Source: a virus (Duplodnaviria > Caudoviricetes). Taken from it: DNA of 38,087 nucleotides. Position numbers and translations under genes: made by a program. The notes below the pieces were generated by a model. The model was not told where the DNA came from. It ran no database searches and saw nothing but the letters and a program-made list of their open reading frames with translations. The stretch spans positions 1 to 38,087 of IMG/VR virus record IMGVR_UViG_3300047474_000437; one strand, given 5' to 3'. This document shows positions 10,393-19,330 of the stretch, piece by piece. Every line of letters begins with the position of its first letter. Position 1 is the stretch's first letter.

Positions 10393-11004
10393 ATGACTAC
10401 TATTAATACCAAGTATATTGTTACAGCATTGCAAAAGTCTAAAATTAATAAATTACCATATGAATGGATGCACATTGAAAATATATTCTCAGATGAATAT
10501 TATAAACTATTAAAATCTACGCCATTGGAAGAAGTACAAAAAATGTTGATAGATGATTTTAATGATCCGGATGTATTTGACACTGTTATTGAAAAATTTA
10601 CTGGCGCGCCGTTAAACGGTGATACAATTAATAGCATATATGCTTTTTGGCAATCACACGGCAAAGGCTACACTTTAAAACCACATGAAGATGGTGAAAC
10701 TCGTATTTTTACTTTCACTATATATCTTGCTGATAATAATGATTACCCTGAAGCAGGCACTGCCGTATATGAAGTAAACGAGAGTACAAAAGAGTACAAA
10801 ACTGTGAGAATGATACCATATACCATGAACAGTGCTATGCTTATTGCGCCGTGCAACAAGAGAACGTGGCACGGTGTTAATATGTTAGAACACAATATAA
10901 AAAGAGATAGTATAGTTTTGGTGTTTGCAACACATAAATGGGAGCCTGGTCAAATGCATTATGCTGATTGGAAATCCGGGATAAGTGTGACACATGTTAT
11001 ATGA
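10393..11004 (+). CDS. 2OG-Fe(II) oxygenase
   Basis: LKPHED (HxD), FTIYL, TWHGV (distal His), KRDS (2OG-binding RxS). Confidence 0.85.
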   Translation: MTTINTKYIVTALQKSKINKLPYEWMHIENIFSDEYYKLLKSTPLEEVQKMLIDDFNDPDVFDTVIEKFTGAPLNGDTINSIYAFWQSHGKGYTLKPHEDGETRIFTFTIYLADNNDYPEAGTAVYEVNESTKEYKTVRMIPYTMNSAMLIAPCNKRTWHGVNMLEHNIKRDSIVLVFATHKWEPGQMHYADWKSGISVTHVI

Positions 11005-11446
11005 AGAAATAGATGGGTGGCGTTGCGTTGTAGTTGTGAGTAGTGATTCTAGATTACACTTGAACCAAAATGCAGTAGATGGTGTAAAAATATCAGATGA
11101 TGATATAAATTTAATGCGAAGCGATGAATATTATAACTTTAAAGTACTAGCAAATGATTTTGATGGTGTTAAAAATCAATGGTTGGATTACCCTCACATC
11201 CAATATTTAACTAACGCATATGAATTCAATGCAGTGGAAACAGCCGTAAATATTCCATACAGTAATCTTATATCATTGCACTTGAATAGCAATCCAATTA
11301 CTATACATCAAAAAATGGGAAGTATATCTTTTGGTTGTGGAGATTGTGGTGATACATTTTTTTCGTATGGGTCATCAGAATTAACCTTCAATGGGCTGTT
11401 CCAAAGCTTTTCAGGGAGCGGATCCGGGAGTATTTGGGTGAGATGA
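10994..11446 (+). CDS. Hypothetical protein
   Basis: 150-aa ORF overlapping the oxygenase stop; no motif recognised. Confidence 0.65.
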   Translation: MLYEEIDGWRCVVVVSSDSRLHLNQNAVDGVKISDDDINLMRSDEYYNFKVLANDFDGVKNQWLDYPHIQYLTNAYEFNAVETAVNIPYSNLISLHLNSNPITIHQKMGSISFGCGDCGDTFFSYGSSELTFNGLFQSFSGSGSGSIWVR

Positions 11447-11455
11447 TTGCTGTAT

Positions 11456-12208
11456 TTAAATAATCTTCACATAGTTCAAACGGGTCTCCTTGATATCTGA
11501 ATTGCCCCAAACTGTGCTACAATCTTTGACTTTTGCAGTGATACTAAAAACACCTGTTATTTCTGATAATTCATCTTTTGTAGTAAAGAATGAAACACGA
11601 TTTCCGGAATCAGGTGTTATAGCATTTACATTCCATCCAGCCCAAGCAGTTGCCTGACGTTTAGAAATAATCTCAATATCTATAGTAACTTTATCACCTT
11701 TACTTCCAATGTATTCAGAACCAACCGAACGTTCTTCTAATTCTTTTTTATTAGTATCACGTTTTACATATTCTGGAATAAAAGCGATAATGCCCATATG
11801 TTTTTGAATATATAATTCATCATCATTCTCAGCCAGAAATTCATGGATGCTGGTTTCAAAATCATTCATATTATCACCCAGAACTTTGAACATAAATTCC
11901 ATATTCAGACTATCAAGCATTGATTGTGATTCATTCAATAACTCAGTATCTTCTAGAATATTTGGAACTACTTCTTCTAATGTTTGGATAACATGGCGAT
12001 TACTTTCTTTAATACGGGTATAACGCTGGACTTTTTCACCATCTTCGATTCTAATAACAAAGTCAGACTTTCCACCACGTTTTAAATATTCGCCGTTAAT
12101 ACGTTGTGCTGCAATTGCCAAAGCAAGAACTTCTTGTTTTGTTTTTGGTTTAACATAAGCACCATTTTCTTTTAATTCTGGATTACAAAATTTAATTGGA
12201 TCAATCAT
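11456..12208 (-). CDS. Hypothetical phage protein, possible C-terminal OB-fold
   Basis: 250 aa; SEYIGSKGDKVTIDIEII...TAKVK...ETRLNYVKI beta-rich end. Confidence 0.7.
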   Translation of the reverse strand: MIDPIKFCNPELKENGAYVKPKTKQEVLALAIAAQRINGEYLKRGGKSDFVIRIEDGEKVQRYTRIKESNRHVIQTLEEVVPNILEDTELLNESQSMLDSLNMEFMFKVLGDNMNDFETSIHEFLAENDDELYIQKHMGIIAFIPEYVKRDTNKKELEERSVGSEYIGSKGDKVTIDIEIISKRQATAWAGWNVNAITPDSGNRVSFFTTKDELSEITGVFSITAKVKDCSTVWGNSDIKETRLNYVKII

Positions 12209-12408
12209 TGAATCTTTTCCACTACATCTGCTGCACGATCAAAATATTCAGAGTATGTTTCTCCGTCTAAGATAACTTGCCATTTTTCAAAAAGATCACT
12301 ATCAACAAAATTCCATTCAATAGAACCATCTTCTTTTTTATTATCTTCAATGCTGATTAATCCAATCATATCATTGTAAAAACTATTAAATGTTGATGCC
12401 ATATACAT
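12205..12408 (-). CDS. Small hypothetical phage protein
   Basis: 67 aa, WNFVDSD; coupled to both neighbours by ATGA and TAATG overlaps. Confidence 0.75.
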   Translation of the reverse strand: MYMASTFNSFYNDMIGLISIEDNKKEDGSIEWNFVDSDLFEKWQVILDGETYSEYFDRAADVVEKIQ

Positions 12409-12560
12409 TAAGACGCCTCTACTTTATAACTACGAACTTCAGCCCATTCGCCACTGTTGCTAAGATTGGAATGTAGTGCACGTGCATTGTCATATGATAA
12501 CCCACTGACATGCATACTATCTGCATTTTCACCAAAGTTTTTTGCTGATACTGACCACAT
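12408..12560 (-). CDS. Small hypothetical protein (50 aa), not in the ORF track
   Basis: MWSVSAKNFGENADSMHVSGLSYDNARALHSNLSNSGEWAEVRSYKVEAS*; AAGGAG SD, own promoter, TAATG overlap with the next gene. Confidence 0.8.
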   Translation of the reverse strand: MWSVSAKNFGENADSMHVSGLSYDNARALHSNLSNSGEWAEVRSYKVEAS

Positions 12561-12593
12561 ACTGTTCTCCTTAACTAACTAACTTATACTATC

Positions 12594-12622
12594 TTTATAA
12601 ACTGATTCGTTTACATTGTCAA
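12594..12622 (-). promoter_or_regulatory. sigma70-type promoter with CGAATCA (TGATTCG) in the spacer, copy 1
   Basis: Minus strand TTGACA-atgtaaaCGAATCAgtt-TATAAA, 17-nt spacer. Confidence 0.8.
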
Positions 12623-12649
12623 TAGTTTTTTGATATATCTTAATCATCC

Positions 12650-12847
12650 TCAACTATATTTTTCTACGTGTACAACAAATCCAACTTGGCGATTTGGATC
12701 GCCAACATCATGCCCACTATCGTGTGTAAATGGACCACGAATGTAAGTGTCACGGTCTGGACGCCCAGTTTCTTTTGTATTGAAACCTTCGATATATGAA
12801 ATAGCCTCTTCTTTTGTTTTGAAGAAATAACTGTTTTTCTTATGCAT
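12650..12847 (-). CDS. Small hypothetical phage protein
   Basis: 65 aa, FKTKEEA motif; AGGA SD and own promoter. Confidence 0.75.
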   Translation of the reverse strand: MHKKNSYFFKTKEEAISYIEGFNTKETGRPDRDTYIRGPFTHDSGHDVGDPNRQVGFVVHVEKYS

Positions 12848-12875
12848 GATGATTTCCTATCTAACTTATACCATC

Positions 12876-12904
12876 TTTATAAAGTGATTCGTCTATAATG
12901 TCAA
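12876..12904 (-). promoter_or_regulatory. sigma70-type promoter with CGAATCA in the spacer, copy 2
   Basis: Minus strand TTGACA-ttatagaCGAATCActt-TATAAA, 17-nt spacer. Confidence 0.8.
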
Positions 12905-12916
12905 CCCTTTTATCAG

Positions 12917-12924
12917 GATAAATA
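12917..12924 (+). promoter_or_regulatory. Late-type promoter GATAAATA
   Basis: Intergenic, restarts + strand transcription after the opposite-strand cassette; same octamer precedes 33757 and 35816. Confidence 0.55.
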
Positions 12925-12957
12925 ACTACGAATATAATAAAGAAGGATATATAAAAT

Positions 12958-13689
12958 ATGTTATATGCAAATGGATGTAGTTTTACATACGGCACTGGAC
13001 TAGCAAATAAAGAAAATGCTTGGCCTTATGAATTGGCAGAACTATTAGGATTTGATAGAAAACAAACACAAACCGAGGCAGATAGAGGCGTTTCTAATTT
13101 CTATATTGTTCGCACAGCAATTAAAACAATAAGTGATATGCTTGCTAATGGTGAACGTCCATTTGTTGCAATTGGATTAACAACACCAAATAGAAAAGAA
13201 CATTTTATTGAAGATAAAAATTTATTAATACATAATATTCCTGCGATTGAATATCATGGCAATATAAGACTAGATGCTAGTACAAATGATGATTTAAAGA
13301 AACTGAATGCATTATATATGAAACATTTCTGGTCACCTGTATATGACTTTCACCAATATCTTATTAATGTTATTACACTGCAGAACTTTTTAAAAAATGC
13401 AGAACTAGAATATGTATTATTTAACTCTTTAAACCTAACACCCAATCTGATTGATCCCACCAGATTTTCTGAAATATGTAAGACTTACGAGATGGAGAAT
13501 GTTATGAAACAAATTGATATGCGGCATCTATATGAAGAACAAACATTCTTTACTTACATGTATGATAAAGAACTATATTATAATACAGAGGGCGATGAAA
13601 AATTTCTACATCCCAATGATGTAGCACATAAAGACTGGGCTAACATCATATTCGATGATATTAAACGAACACGTGAAGGCAATGGATAA
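12958..13689 (+). CDS. SGNH-fold protein (GCS variant, DUF6071-like)
   Basis: LYANGCSFTYG, AWP, GVSN, LHPN..AH. Confidence 0.75.
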   Translation: MLYANGCSFTYGTGLANKENAWPYELAELLGFDRKQTQTEADRGVSNFYIVRTAIKTISDMLANGERPFVAIGLTTPNRKEHFIEDKNLLIHNIPAIEYHGNIRLDASTNDDLKKLNALYMKHFWSPVYDFHQYLINVITLQNFLKNAELEYVLFNSLNLTPNLIDPTRFSEICKTYEMENVMKQIDMRHLYEEQTFFTYMYDKELYYNTEGDEKFLHPNDVAHKDWANIIFDDIKRTREGNG

Positions 13690-13961
13690 TGTATATATAT
13701 TGCATATCAGATGGCAAAGATTTATGTAAGTTTGGTTTCAGCAATAATCCAGAAAAAAGATTGAAGACATTACAAACAGGAAATCCCAACAAACTTCAAC
13801 TAATTGATACTATCTTAGTAGAAGAAAAAGAAGTTAGAAATTTAGAAAAAACATTGCATAAGGAATATGCACACAAAAGAGTTAAGGGAGAATGGTTTAA
13901 CGCTACTCCGGAAGATGGTAAAGTTATGCTAGGATGGTTTGAAATACATTACGTTAATTGA
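13689..13961 (+). CDS. GIY-YIG-like T5orf172/MUG113 domain protein
   Basis: YIYCI, KFGFSNNPEKRLKTLQTGNP, LEKTLH, GEWF. Confidence 0.85.
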   Translation: MYIYCISDGKDLCKFGFSNNPEKRLKTLQTGNPNKLQLIDTILVEEKEVRNLEKTLHKEYAHKRVKGEWFNATPEDGKVMLGWFEIHYVN

Positions 13962-13971
13962 GAATGATAAC

Positions 13972-14229
13972 ATGGGAATTAAGACTATTTTTGAAATATT
14001 AGATGCGTGGCATACTGAACGTAAGAAACATGATGACAAAACCTTCAAACAGTGGCTCAAACATGTGGGCGGGTTATGGACATCTAAAGAAGAATGGAAA
14101 AAAATAGGCAGATGGGAAACTTGGCGACCAGCAGTTAAAGATACCGGAAAAGGTATAGGTAAAATGTTCATAGTAAAAGTTTTTACTGTAATAATATTAA
14201 TAACACTAGTAAATATGGGAATATTTTAA
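13972..14229 (+). CDS. Small protein with C-terminal transmembrane helix
   Basis: Likely ATG 13972; ends MFIVKVFTVIILITLVNMGIF. Confidence 0.65.
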   Translation: MGIKTIFEILDAWHTERKKHDDKTFKQWLKHVGGLWTSKEEWKKIGRWETWRPAVKDTGKGIGKMFIVKVFTVIILITLVNMGIF

Positions 14230-14231
14230 AA

Positions 14232-14345
14232 ATGAAAAAAATATGGCAAATAATAATGTATCCGTATACACGATATAAAGATAAAAAGAAATTAAAAAAA
14301 CGACTAGACGAACTTCGTAAGCGTGATCCGTTCATTTACAAATGA
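14232..14345 (+). CDS. 37-aa basic peptide ending DPFIYK, not in the ORF track
   Basis: MKKIWQIIMYPYTRYKDKKKLKKRLDELRKRDPFIYK*; fills the gap exactly, ATGA overlap with the carbamoyltransferase start. Confidence 0.75.
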   Translation: MKKIWQIIMYPYTRYKDKKKLKKRLDELRKRDPFIYK

Positions 14346-15874
14346 TTGTACTAGGAATATCAGGTGCGTTAAACCATGATGCTGCGGTCAGCGTCATTTG
14401 TGATGGCAAAATTCTTTTTGCCAGTCATAGTGAACGCTATTCTAAAATAAAAAATGACCCTAACTTGAATGCAGAAATAATTCAAGAAGCCTTATCATAT
14501 GGTAAGCCTGATGTAATAGCGTGGTATGAGAAGCCACTTATTAAAAAATGGAGACAGTTGATTGCAGGACAATATTCACTTGCATTTGATTTAAAAGAAT
14601 TGCCAGGTAATTATTTAAAAAACTTTGAACAATTAAAAGATATTCCTATAGTATATCAATCACACCATTATACACATGCTGCAAGTGGGTATTTTACAAG
14701 TCCATTTAATGATGCGGCTATTGCAGTGATAGATAGCATAGGTGAATTGGAAACATTGAGCATATGGCGTGGCAAAAATGATAATCTTGTGCAATATTAT
14801 TCGCAAGCATATCCAGCCAGTGTCGGATTATTCTATAGTGCAATGACTGATAGACTAGGATTAAAACCGCAGGAAGATGAATATATTCTTATGGGTATGG
14901 CAGCGTATGGCGATATTAATAGAGAAGTTAATAATAAAACTATAATTCAACATATGTATGATGAATTTGGAATAGTATTAAATGATCATAGTAGTAAATT
15001 ATACCATGTGGTCAACCTAAAAAAGAATCTGCATCGTGGGTGTAAAGATTTTTTACCTGAATTAATAACTGAACAAGATCATTATGATATTGCTGCAGCA
15101 ACACAAGAAATATACACACAAATGTTATCTGTAATTATAGATGATATTAAAAAGACAACATTCAGTACTAACTTAGTATTGATGGGTGGGTGCGCTCTTA
15201 ATTGTAGTGCAAATAGTTTAATAACAGAAAGATTTAAAAATGTTTGGATTATGCCTAATCCTGGCGATGCTGGTAGTTGTATCGGTGCATCACAAAAGTT
15301 TTTCGATACAAGAATCAAATGGGAAACCCCTTATCTAGGGCATAACATTGAAGGTAGTTATCCAGTAGAGAAAGCATTGAATGCATTACTTAATGGTGAT
15401 ATCATTGGCATTGCAAATGGTCGTGCAGAGTTTGGTCCACGTGCATTAGGTAATCGTACTCTAACTGCTGATCCTCGCGGAGACACAATTAAAGACCGTA
15501 TGAATGAAATCAAACGTAGGCAAAAGTTTAGACCATTCGCGCCTATGATACTAGAAGAAGATGTACACGATTACTTCATAATGCCAGAAAACATTAATAG
15601 TTCACCTTATATGCAATTCGTTGCTAAGTGCAAGTATCCGCTTGATTTCCCTGCAATCATACACGCAGATGGGACCTCACGGGTGCAGACAGTTAATAAA
15701 CAACAGCATCCAGAGTTATATACATTGTTGTCCAAGTTTAAAGAAAAGACTGGTTGTCCTATGCTAGTTAATACGTCATTAAATATTAAAGGTCAACCAA
15801 TTGTCAATGATTTAAATGATGCCCAAGAATTTTCTAAGCATTATGATATAAAAGTCTTTACATCTGACGATTAA
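14342..15874 (+). CDS. O-carbamoyltransferase (NodU/CmcH/TobZ family)
   Basis: HDAAV, HHYTHA, DSIGE, MGMAAYG, GGCALN, PGDAG, EFGPRALGNR, FRPFAP, HADGTSRVQTV, NTSLN. Confidence 0.95.
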   Translation: MIVLGISGALNHDAAVSVICDGKILFASHSERYSKIKNDPNLNAEIIQEALSYGKPDVIAWYEKPLIKKWRQLIAGQYSLAFDLKELPGNYLKNFEQLKDIPIVYQSHHYTHAASGYFTSPFNDAAIAVIDSIGELETLSIWRGKNDNLVQYYSQAYPASVGLFYSAMTDRLGLKPQEDEYILMGMAAYGDINREVNNKTIIQHMYDEFGIVLNDHSSKLYHVVNLKKNLHRGCKDFLPELITEQDHYDIAAATQEIYTQMLSVIIDDIKKTTFSTNLVLMGGCALNCSANSLITERFKNVWIMPNPGDAGSCIGASQKFFDTRIKWETPYLGHNIEGSYPVEKALNALLNGDIIGIANGRAEFGPRALGNRTLTADPRGDTIKDRMNEIKRRQKFRPFAPMILEEDVHDYFIMPENINSSPYMQFVAKCKYPLDFPAIIHADGTSRVQTVNKQQHPELYTLLSKFKEKTGCPMLVNTSLNIKGQPIVNDLNDAQEFSKHYDIKVFTSDD

Positions 15875-15885
15875 TCTGTTATAAT
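15857..15885 (+). promoter_or_regulatory. sigma70-type promoter
   Basis: TTTACA (15857-15862), 17 nt, TGn-TATAAT (15880-15885). Confidence 0.65.
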
Positions 15886-15912
15886 AGCATTAATTATAAT
15901 TATAGGTTACCT

Positions 15913-17004
15913 ATGGCATACGATTGTTTTTTCATAACTGATGACTTATCTGTTCATTTAATTGAACGTTATAAAACAGTCTTGGAAAAAATTCCGAATG
16001 CCCAGTTAGTAAAATTAAATGACTTATCTGATATAAACAGTTTATATACAGAAATAAAAAAGCGTGTTAATACTGAATACTATTGGGTAATTGACAGTGA
16101 AATAACTATACAGGATTTTGATTGGAATTTTAAGCCTACTGAATGGGACAAGGAACTTCCTCATATATGGAGCACTGGTGTTAGAAATGAATACGGTAAT
16201 GACATCAGTGTTAAATTGATACATAAAAATTATGATATTGATACGATTACAGGTGGTATATGTATATTATCTGGTGAATATATTCAACACGATACTTTTA
16301 AATATGAAATAGTCGATAAACAACATGATATAATTTATTTAAGTTATGATGAAGAATTTGCAGATGCCAACTATCAGATAATATTAAAAAGATTTCCTTT
16401 TGCGAAAAGAGTACACGGTGTCACTGGAATTTTTAATGCACATCAAAAAGCAGCATTTGTTGCCGAAACTGATATGTTTTATGTGATAGATGCAGATGCA
16501 ATAATCACTGATGATTTTAATTTTGATTATTATGCTCCCATATGGGATAGGGAAGTAGTACACGTATGGAAATCTAAAAACCCAGTGAATGATTTGGTTT
16601 ATGGTTATGGCGGTGTTAAACTATTTCCAACTGATTTATTACGCAATGCAAGTGACTGGAATATAGATTTTACTACCAGTATATCAGATAATTTTAAATT
16701 GATGCCAGAGATATCTAACATAACTAATTTTAACACTGATCCTTTTAACACTTGGAAAAGTGCTTTTAGAGAATGTACTAAGTTGTCTAGTAAGATTATT
16801 AAAGGGCAGGTTAATAGTGAAACCAATGACAGGCTACAGACCTGGACGCGAGTGGGACAAGGTAAACCATATGGCGAATATGCTATAGCAGGAGCAATCG
16901 AAGGTAGCGATTATGGTGAAAAAAATAAAGAAAACATCATAGAATTAAATAAAATAAATGATTATACATGGTTAAAAGAAAGGTTTGATAGATATTATGA
17001 GTAA
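15913..17004 (+). CDS. GT-A-like protein, paralog of 3268-4224, with a degenerate N-terminal duplicate domain
   Basis: IYLSYDE, GVTGIFNAHQKAA, FYVIDADA, NDLVYGYGGVKLF, WKSAFRECTKL. Confidence 0.6.
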   Translation: MAYDCFFITDDLSVHLIERYKTVLEKIPNAQLVKLNDLSDINSLYTEIKKRVNTEYYWVIDSEITIQDFDWNFKPTEWDKELPHIWSTGVRNEYGNDISVKLIHKNYDIDTITGGICILSGEYIQHDTFKYEIVDKQHDIIYLSYDEEFADANYQIILKRFPFAKRVHGVTGIFNAHQKAAFVAETDMFYVIDADAIITDDFNFDYYAPIWDREVVHVWKSKNPVNDLVYGYGGVKLFPTDLLRNASDWNIDFTTSISDNFKLMPEISNITNFNTDPFNTWKSAFRECTKLSSKIIKGQVNSETNDRLQTWTRVGQGKPYGEYAIAGAIEGSDYGEKNKENIIELNKINDYTWLKERFDRYYE

Positions 17005-17929
17005 TGTTAGAAACAAAAGAGTAGCAAGAAGAAAAACAAATATTACAAAATCAAACGCAGTTCTATATGATGAATTAAATAGCGGATCAAATCCAACACT
17101 TATAATTGAAGAAACAGATGCAACGGTATCTGCTCCTAGTGTTATAGTATCTGTAAATTCGCAAGTAGAGAAGTATGATTATCAATATATGAGTAATTTA
17201 TATACAGAAAGTAATCCTTCGCAGCAACTTGGTAACTATAGGAGTGCAATGGATTACCTTGCTTATTATAATAATATAAATGTTTCGAAGAATAACAAGT
17301 TAGTATCTAGAATTAAAGATTTGATATATGATTTTCCTAATTTAGACATGACATCATATCTTACTGAAACTAATGGCGCAGTACACAGTTGGGTAATATC
17401 TCAGTTGACCAATGCATTTTCAAAAAAGTATCTGGGAACAAATTATATTTTAGATGGTGGTATTGGGTTAATAGGAGCATGCCTTATGGATAGTCCATTG
17501 ACATTTGAAAATATTCGTAGTTTTGATTTACACCCTGAGGGACAATTCGCAGCAGATTCAATGATGAAGGATGAATTGCTACAAAACTGGAAATTTAAAT
17601 CTACCACACAGGATATATTTAATCTAGATTATATTGAGAATACATTTGTAACTACTTTACCGGACGGAAGTATAAGTGAACCATTTAATGAAATTCCAAA
17701 TATTATTATTAATACCAACATTAGTAATATTGAAGACTATGAAAGTTGGTGGGGGATGATTCCAACCAATCGGTATGTTGTTTTAGTTGGGAGTGGTGGC
17801 GACAATGTACATAGGCCATTCTCAAGTTCAATAGCATTCAATCGTAAGTTTCAATTGACATCAGAATTATATTCAGGTGTACAAAAAATTAATGGAATAA
17901 ATCATTACATGAAAATTGGTATTAAGTAA
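16997..17929 (+). CDS. Methyltransferase-like protein, degenerate paralog of 17930-18775
   Basis: ILDGGIG, IRSFDLH, WKFKSTTQDI, IINTN, YMKIGIK; likely ATG 16997. Confidence 0.6.
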   Translation: MSNVRNKRVARRKTNITKSNAVLYDELNSGSNPTLIIEETDATVSAPSVIVSVNSQVEKYDYQYMSNLYTESNPSQQLGNYRSAMDYLAYYNNINVSKNNKLVSRIKDLIYDFPNLDMTSYLTETNGAVHSWVISQLTNAFSKKYLGTNYILDGGIGLIGACLMDSPLTFENIRSFDLHPEGQFAADSMMKDELLQNWKFKSTTQDIFNLDYIENTFVTTLPDGSISEPFNEIPNIIINTNISNIEDYESWWGMIPTNRYVVLVGSGGDNVHRPFSSSIAFNRKFQLTSELYSGVQKINGINHYMKIGIK

Positions 17930-18775
17930 ATGCTTCCTACATTTCAATTATTAGATAGATTTGAATTACTGTTTCCTACTAAAAGTAAACTTGCAGACTT
18001 ACGTAGGTCTTATACTGACAAGGACTTATCTAGTATATTCCGCTTAGTTACTGACAAAAACAAAGAAGACCTACGCAAATTAATAATGGAAGATAATACC
18101 TGGAAGTTATGGCCATTATTAAGTGAACAAATCGATACTCAATTTGTTGCAGCTTTCAAAAGTTTTTTTGTTAATAACACAGAAATATGGAATGATTGTT
18201 TCAGCAGAGGACAATTACAAAGTAAATTATGGTTAGTGCATGAACTTAAAAAATGTAATGTAGATCTCGGCACTGTGTTTTTGTGCGCAGGATGGTATGC
18301 TACACTTGCTACTATGATTTTTGAAAGCGATATTAAGGTAGATAAAATCCGCAGTTTTGATATTGATGAAACAACTGTTGACATAGCCGAAACCTTCAAT
18401 AAGTCTTGGTTTGAAAATCAGTGGCAATTTAAAGCATTAGTCGAAGATATACAAGATATAAATTATAATGAACATACGTGGCAGTATTGGTCCAACAAAA
18501 ACAATAGAATGAGCTATCCTATTATAGATTCACCTAATACAATTATAAATACAAGTTGTGAACATATAGAAAACTTTTCTGAATGGTATTCTAAAATACC
18601 TACAGGCAAATTGGTAATATTACAAAGCAATGATTATTTTGAAGTTGTAGAGCATGTAAATTGTTCAAAAAGTATTTCGCAATTCAGTAGAAGTTGTCCA
18701 ATGAAAGAAACATTATTTGAAGGTGAATTATTTTTACCAGATTACACCAGGTTTATGAAAATTGGATATAAGTAA
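17930..18775 (+). CDS. Class I SAM-dependent methyltransferase-like protein
   Basis: SKLWL, LCAGWYA, IRSFDID, INTSCEH, LQSNDY, RFMKIG. Confidence 0.7.
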   Translation: MLPTFQLLDRFELLFPTKSKLADLRRSYTDKDLSSIFRLVTDKNKEDLRKLIMEDNTWKLWPLLSEQIDTQFVAAFKSFFVNNTEIWNDCFSRGQLQSKLWLVHELKKCNVDLGTVFLCAGWYATLATMIFESDIKVDKIRSFDIDETTVDIAETFNKSWFENQWQFKALVEDIQDINYNEHTWQYWSNKNNRMSYPIIDSPNTIINTSCEHIENFSEWYSKIPTGKLVILQSNDYFEVVEHVNCSKSISQFSRSCPMKETLFEGELFLPDYTRFMKIGYK

Positions 18776-18808
18776 TTTATTAGTTAAACAATGCTATCGG
18801 ATGATTAG

Positions 18809-19330
18809 ATGAAAAGAATACATGAATCAAGAAACAGTATTATAGAACTTGATACAGACTCTGGATTAATTTATAAGACTCTAAAGAATAAGGAGGTATC
18901 TGATGATTGGCTACATCATTACAACCTAGTACGCAACGATAATAGCACGTATGTAAAAGTTCATAATGTAATTGATAATAAAACATTTACTATGGATTAC
19001 ATTGATTCTATTGGTGACCTAGAATATATTATTAAAGATCCTTCTAATTGGCAAATGATTGATAAGGACTTCGTTATACGATCCATTCAGTCTTATACTA
19101 ATGCTTATTTGGGAGGATTGCAGGTAAGCAGAAATAGAAATGATGACCATTATTTTATGCACACTGATCTAACACTTGATAACATATTAGTTGACAGAAA
19201 TAAACAAATTAGGATAATTGACCCAGACTCATACACTTGGGTACCTAATTTACAATGGACAGAAAAATATTATATAACTCATATAAATATGATGTTCTGT
19301 TTGCAAAGGTATTTTTACGAAAATGTATAA
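18809..19330 (+). CDS. Protein-kinase-like fold phosphotransferase (small molecule or sugar kinase)
   Basis: IYKTLK, FTMDYID, HTDLTLDNILVD catalytic loop, IIDPD. Confidence 0.75.
   Translation: MKRIHESRNSIIELDTDSGLIYKTLKNKEVSDDWLHHYNLVRNDNSTYVKVHNVIDNKTFTMDYIDSIGDLEYIIKDPSNWQMIDKDFVIRSIQSYTNAYLGGLQVSRNRNDDHYFMHTDLTLDNILVDRNKQIRIIDPDSYTWVPNLQWTEKYYITHINMMFCLQRYFYENV

Larger units (their letters stand above)
12579..12892. repeat. 32-bp direct repeat (12579-12610 and 12861-12892), 30/32 identical
   Basis: ctaacttatac[t/c]atctttataaa[c/g]tgattcgt; covers the -10 element and leader of the two promoters. Confidence 0.9.

Noticed and set aside
12205-14345. Small ORFs as RiPP precursors for the SPASM/twitch enzymes
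   Set aside because: No leader/core pattern and no RRE/PqqD domain recognised; the minus-strand ones are in a separate promoter class. Not fully excluded for the 37-aa peptide.
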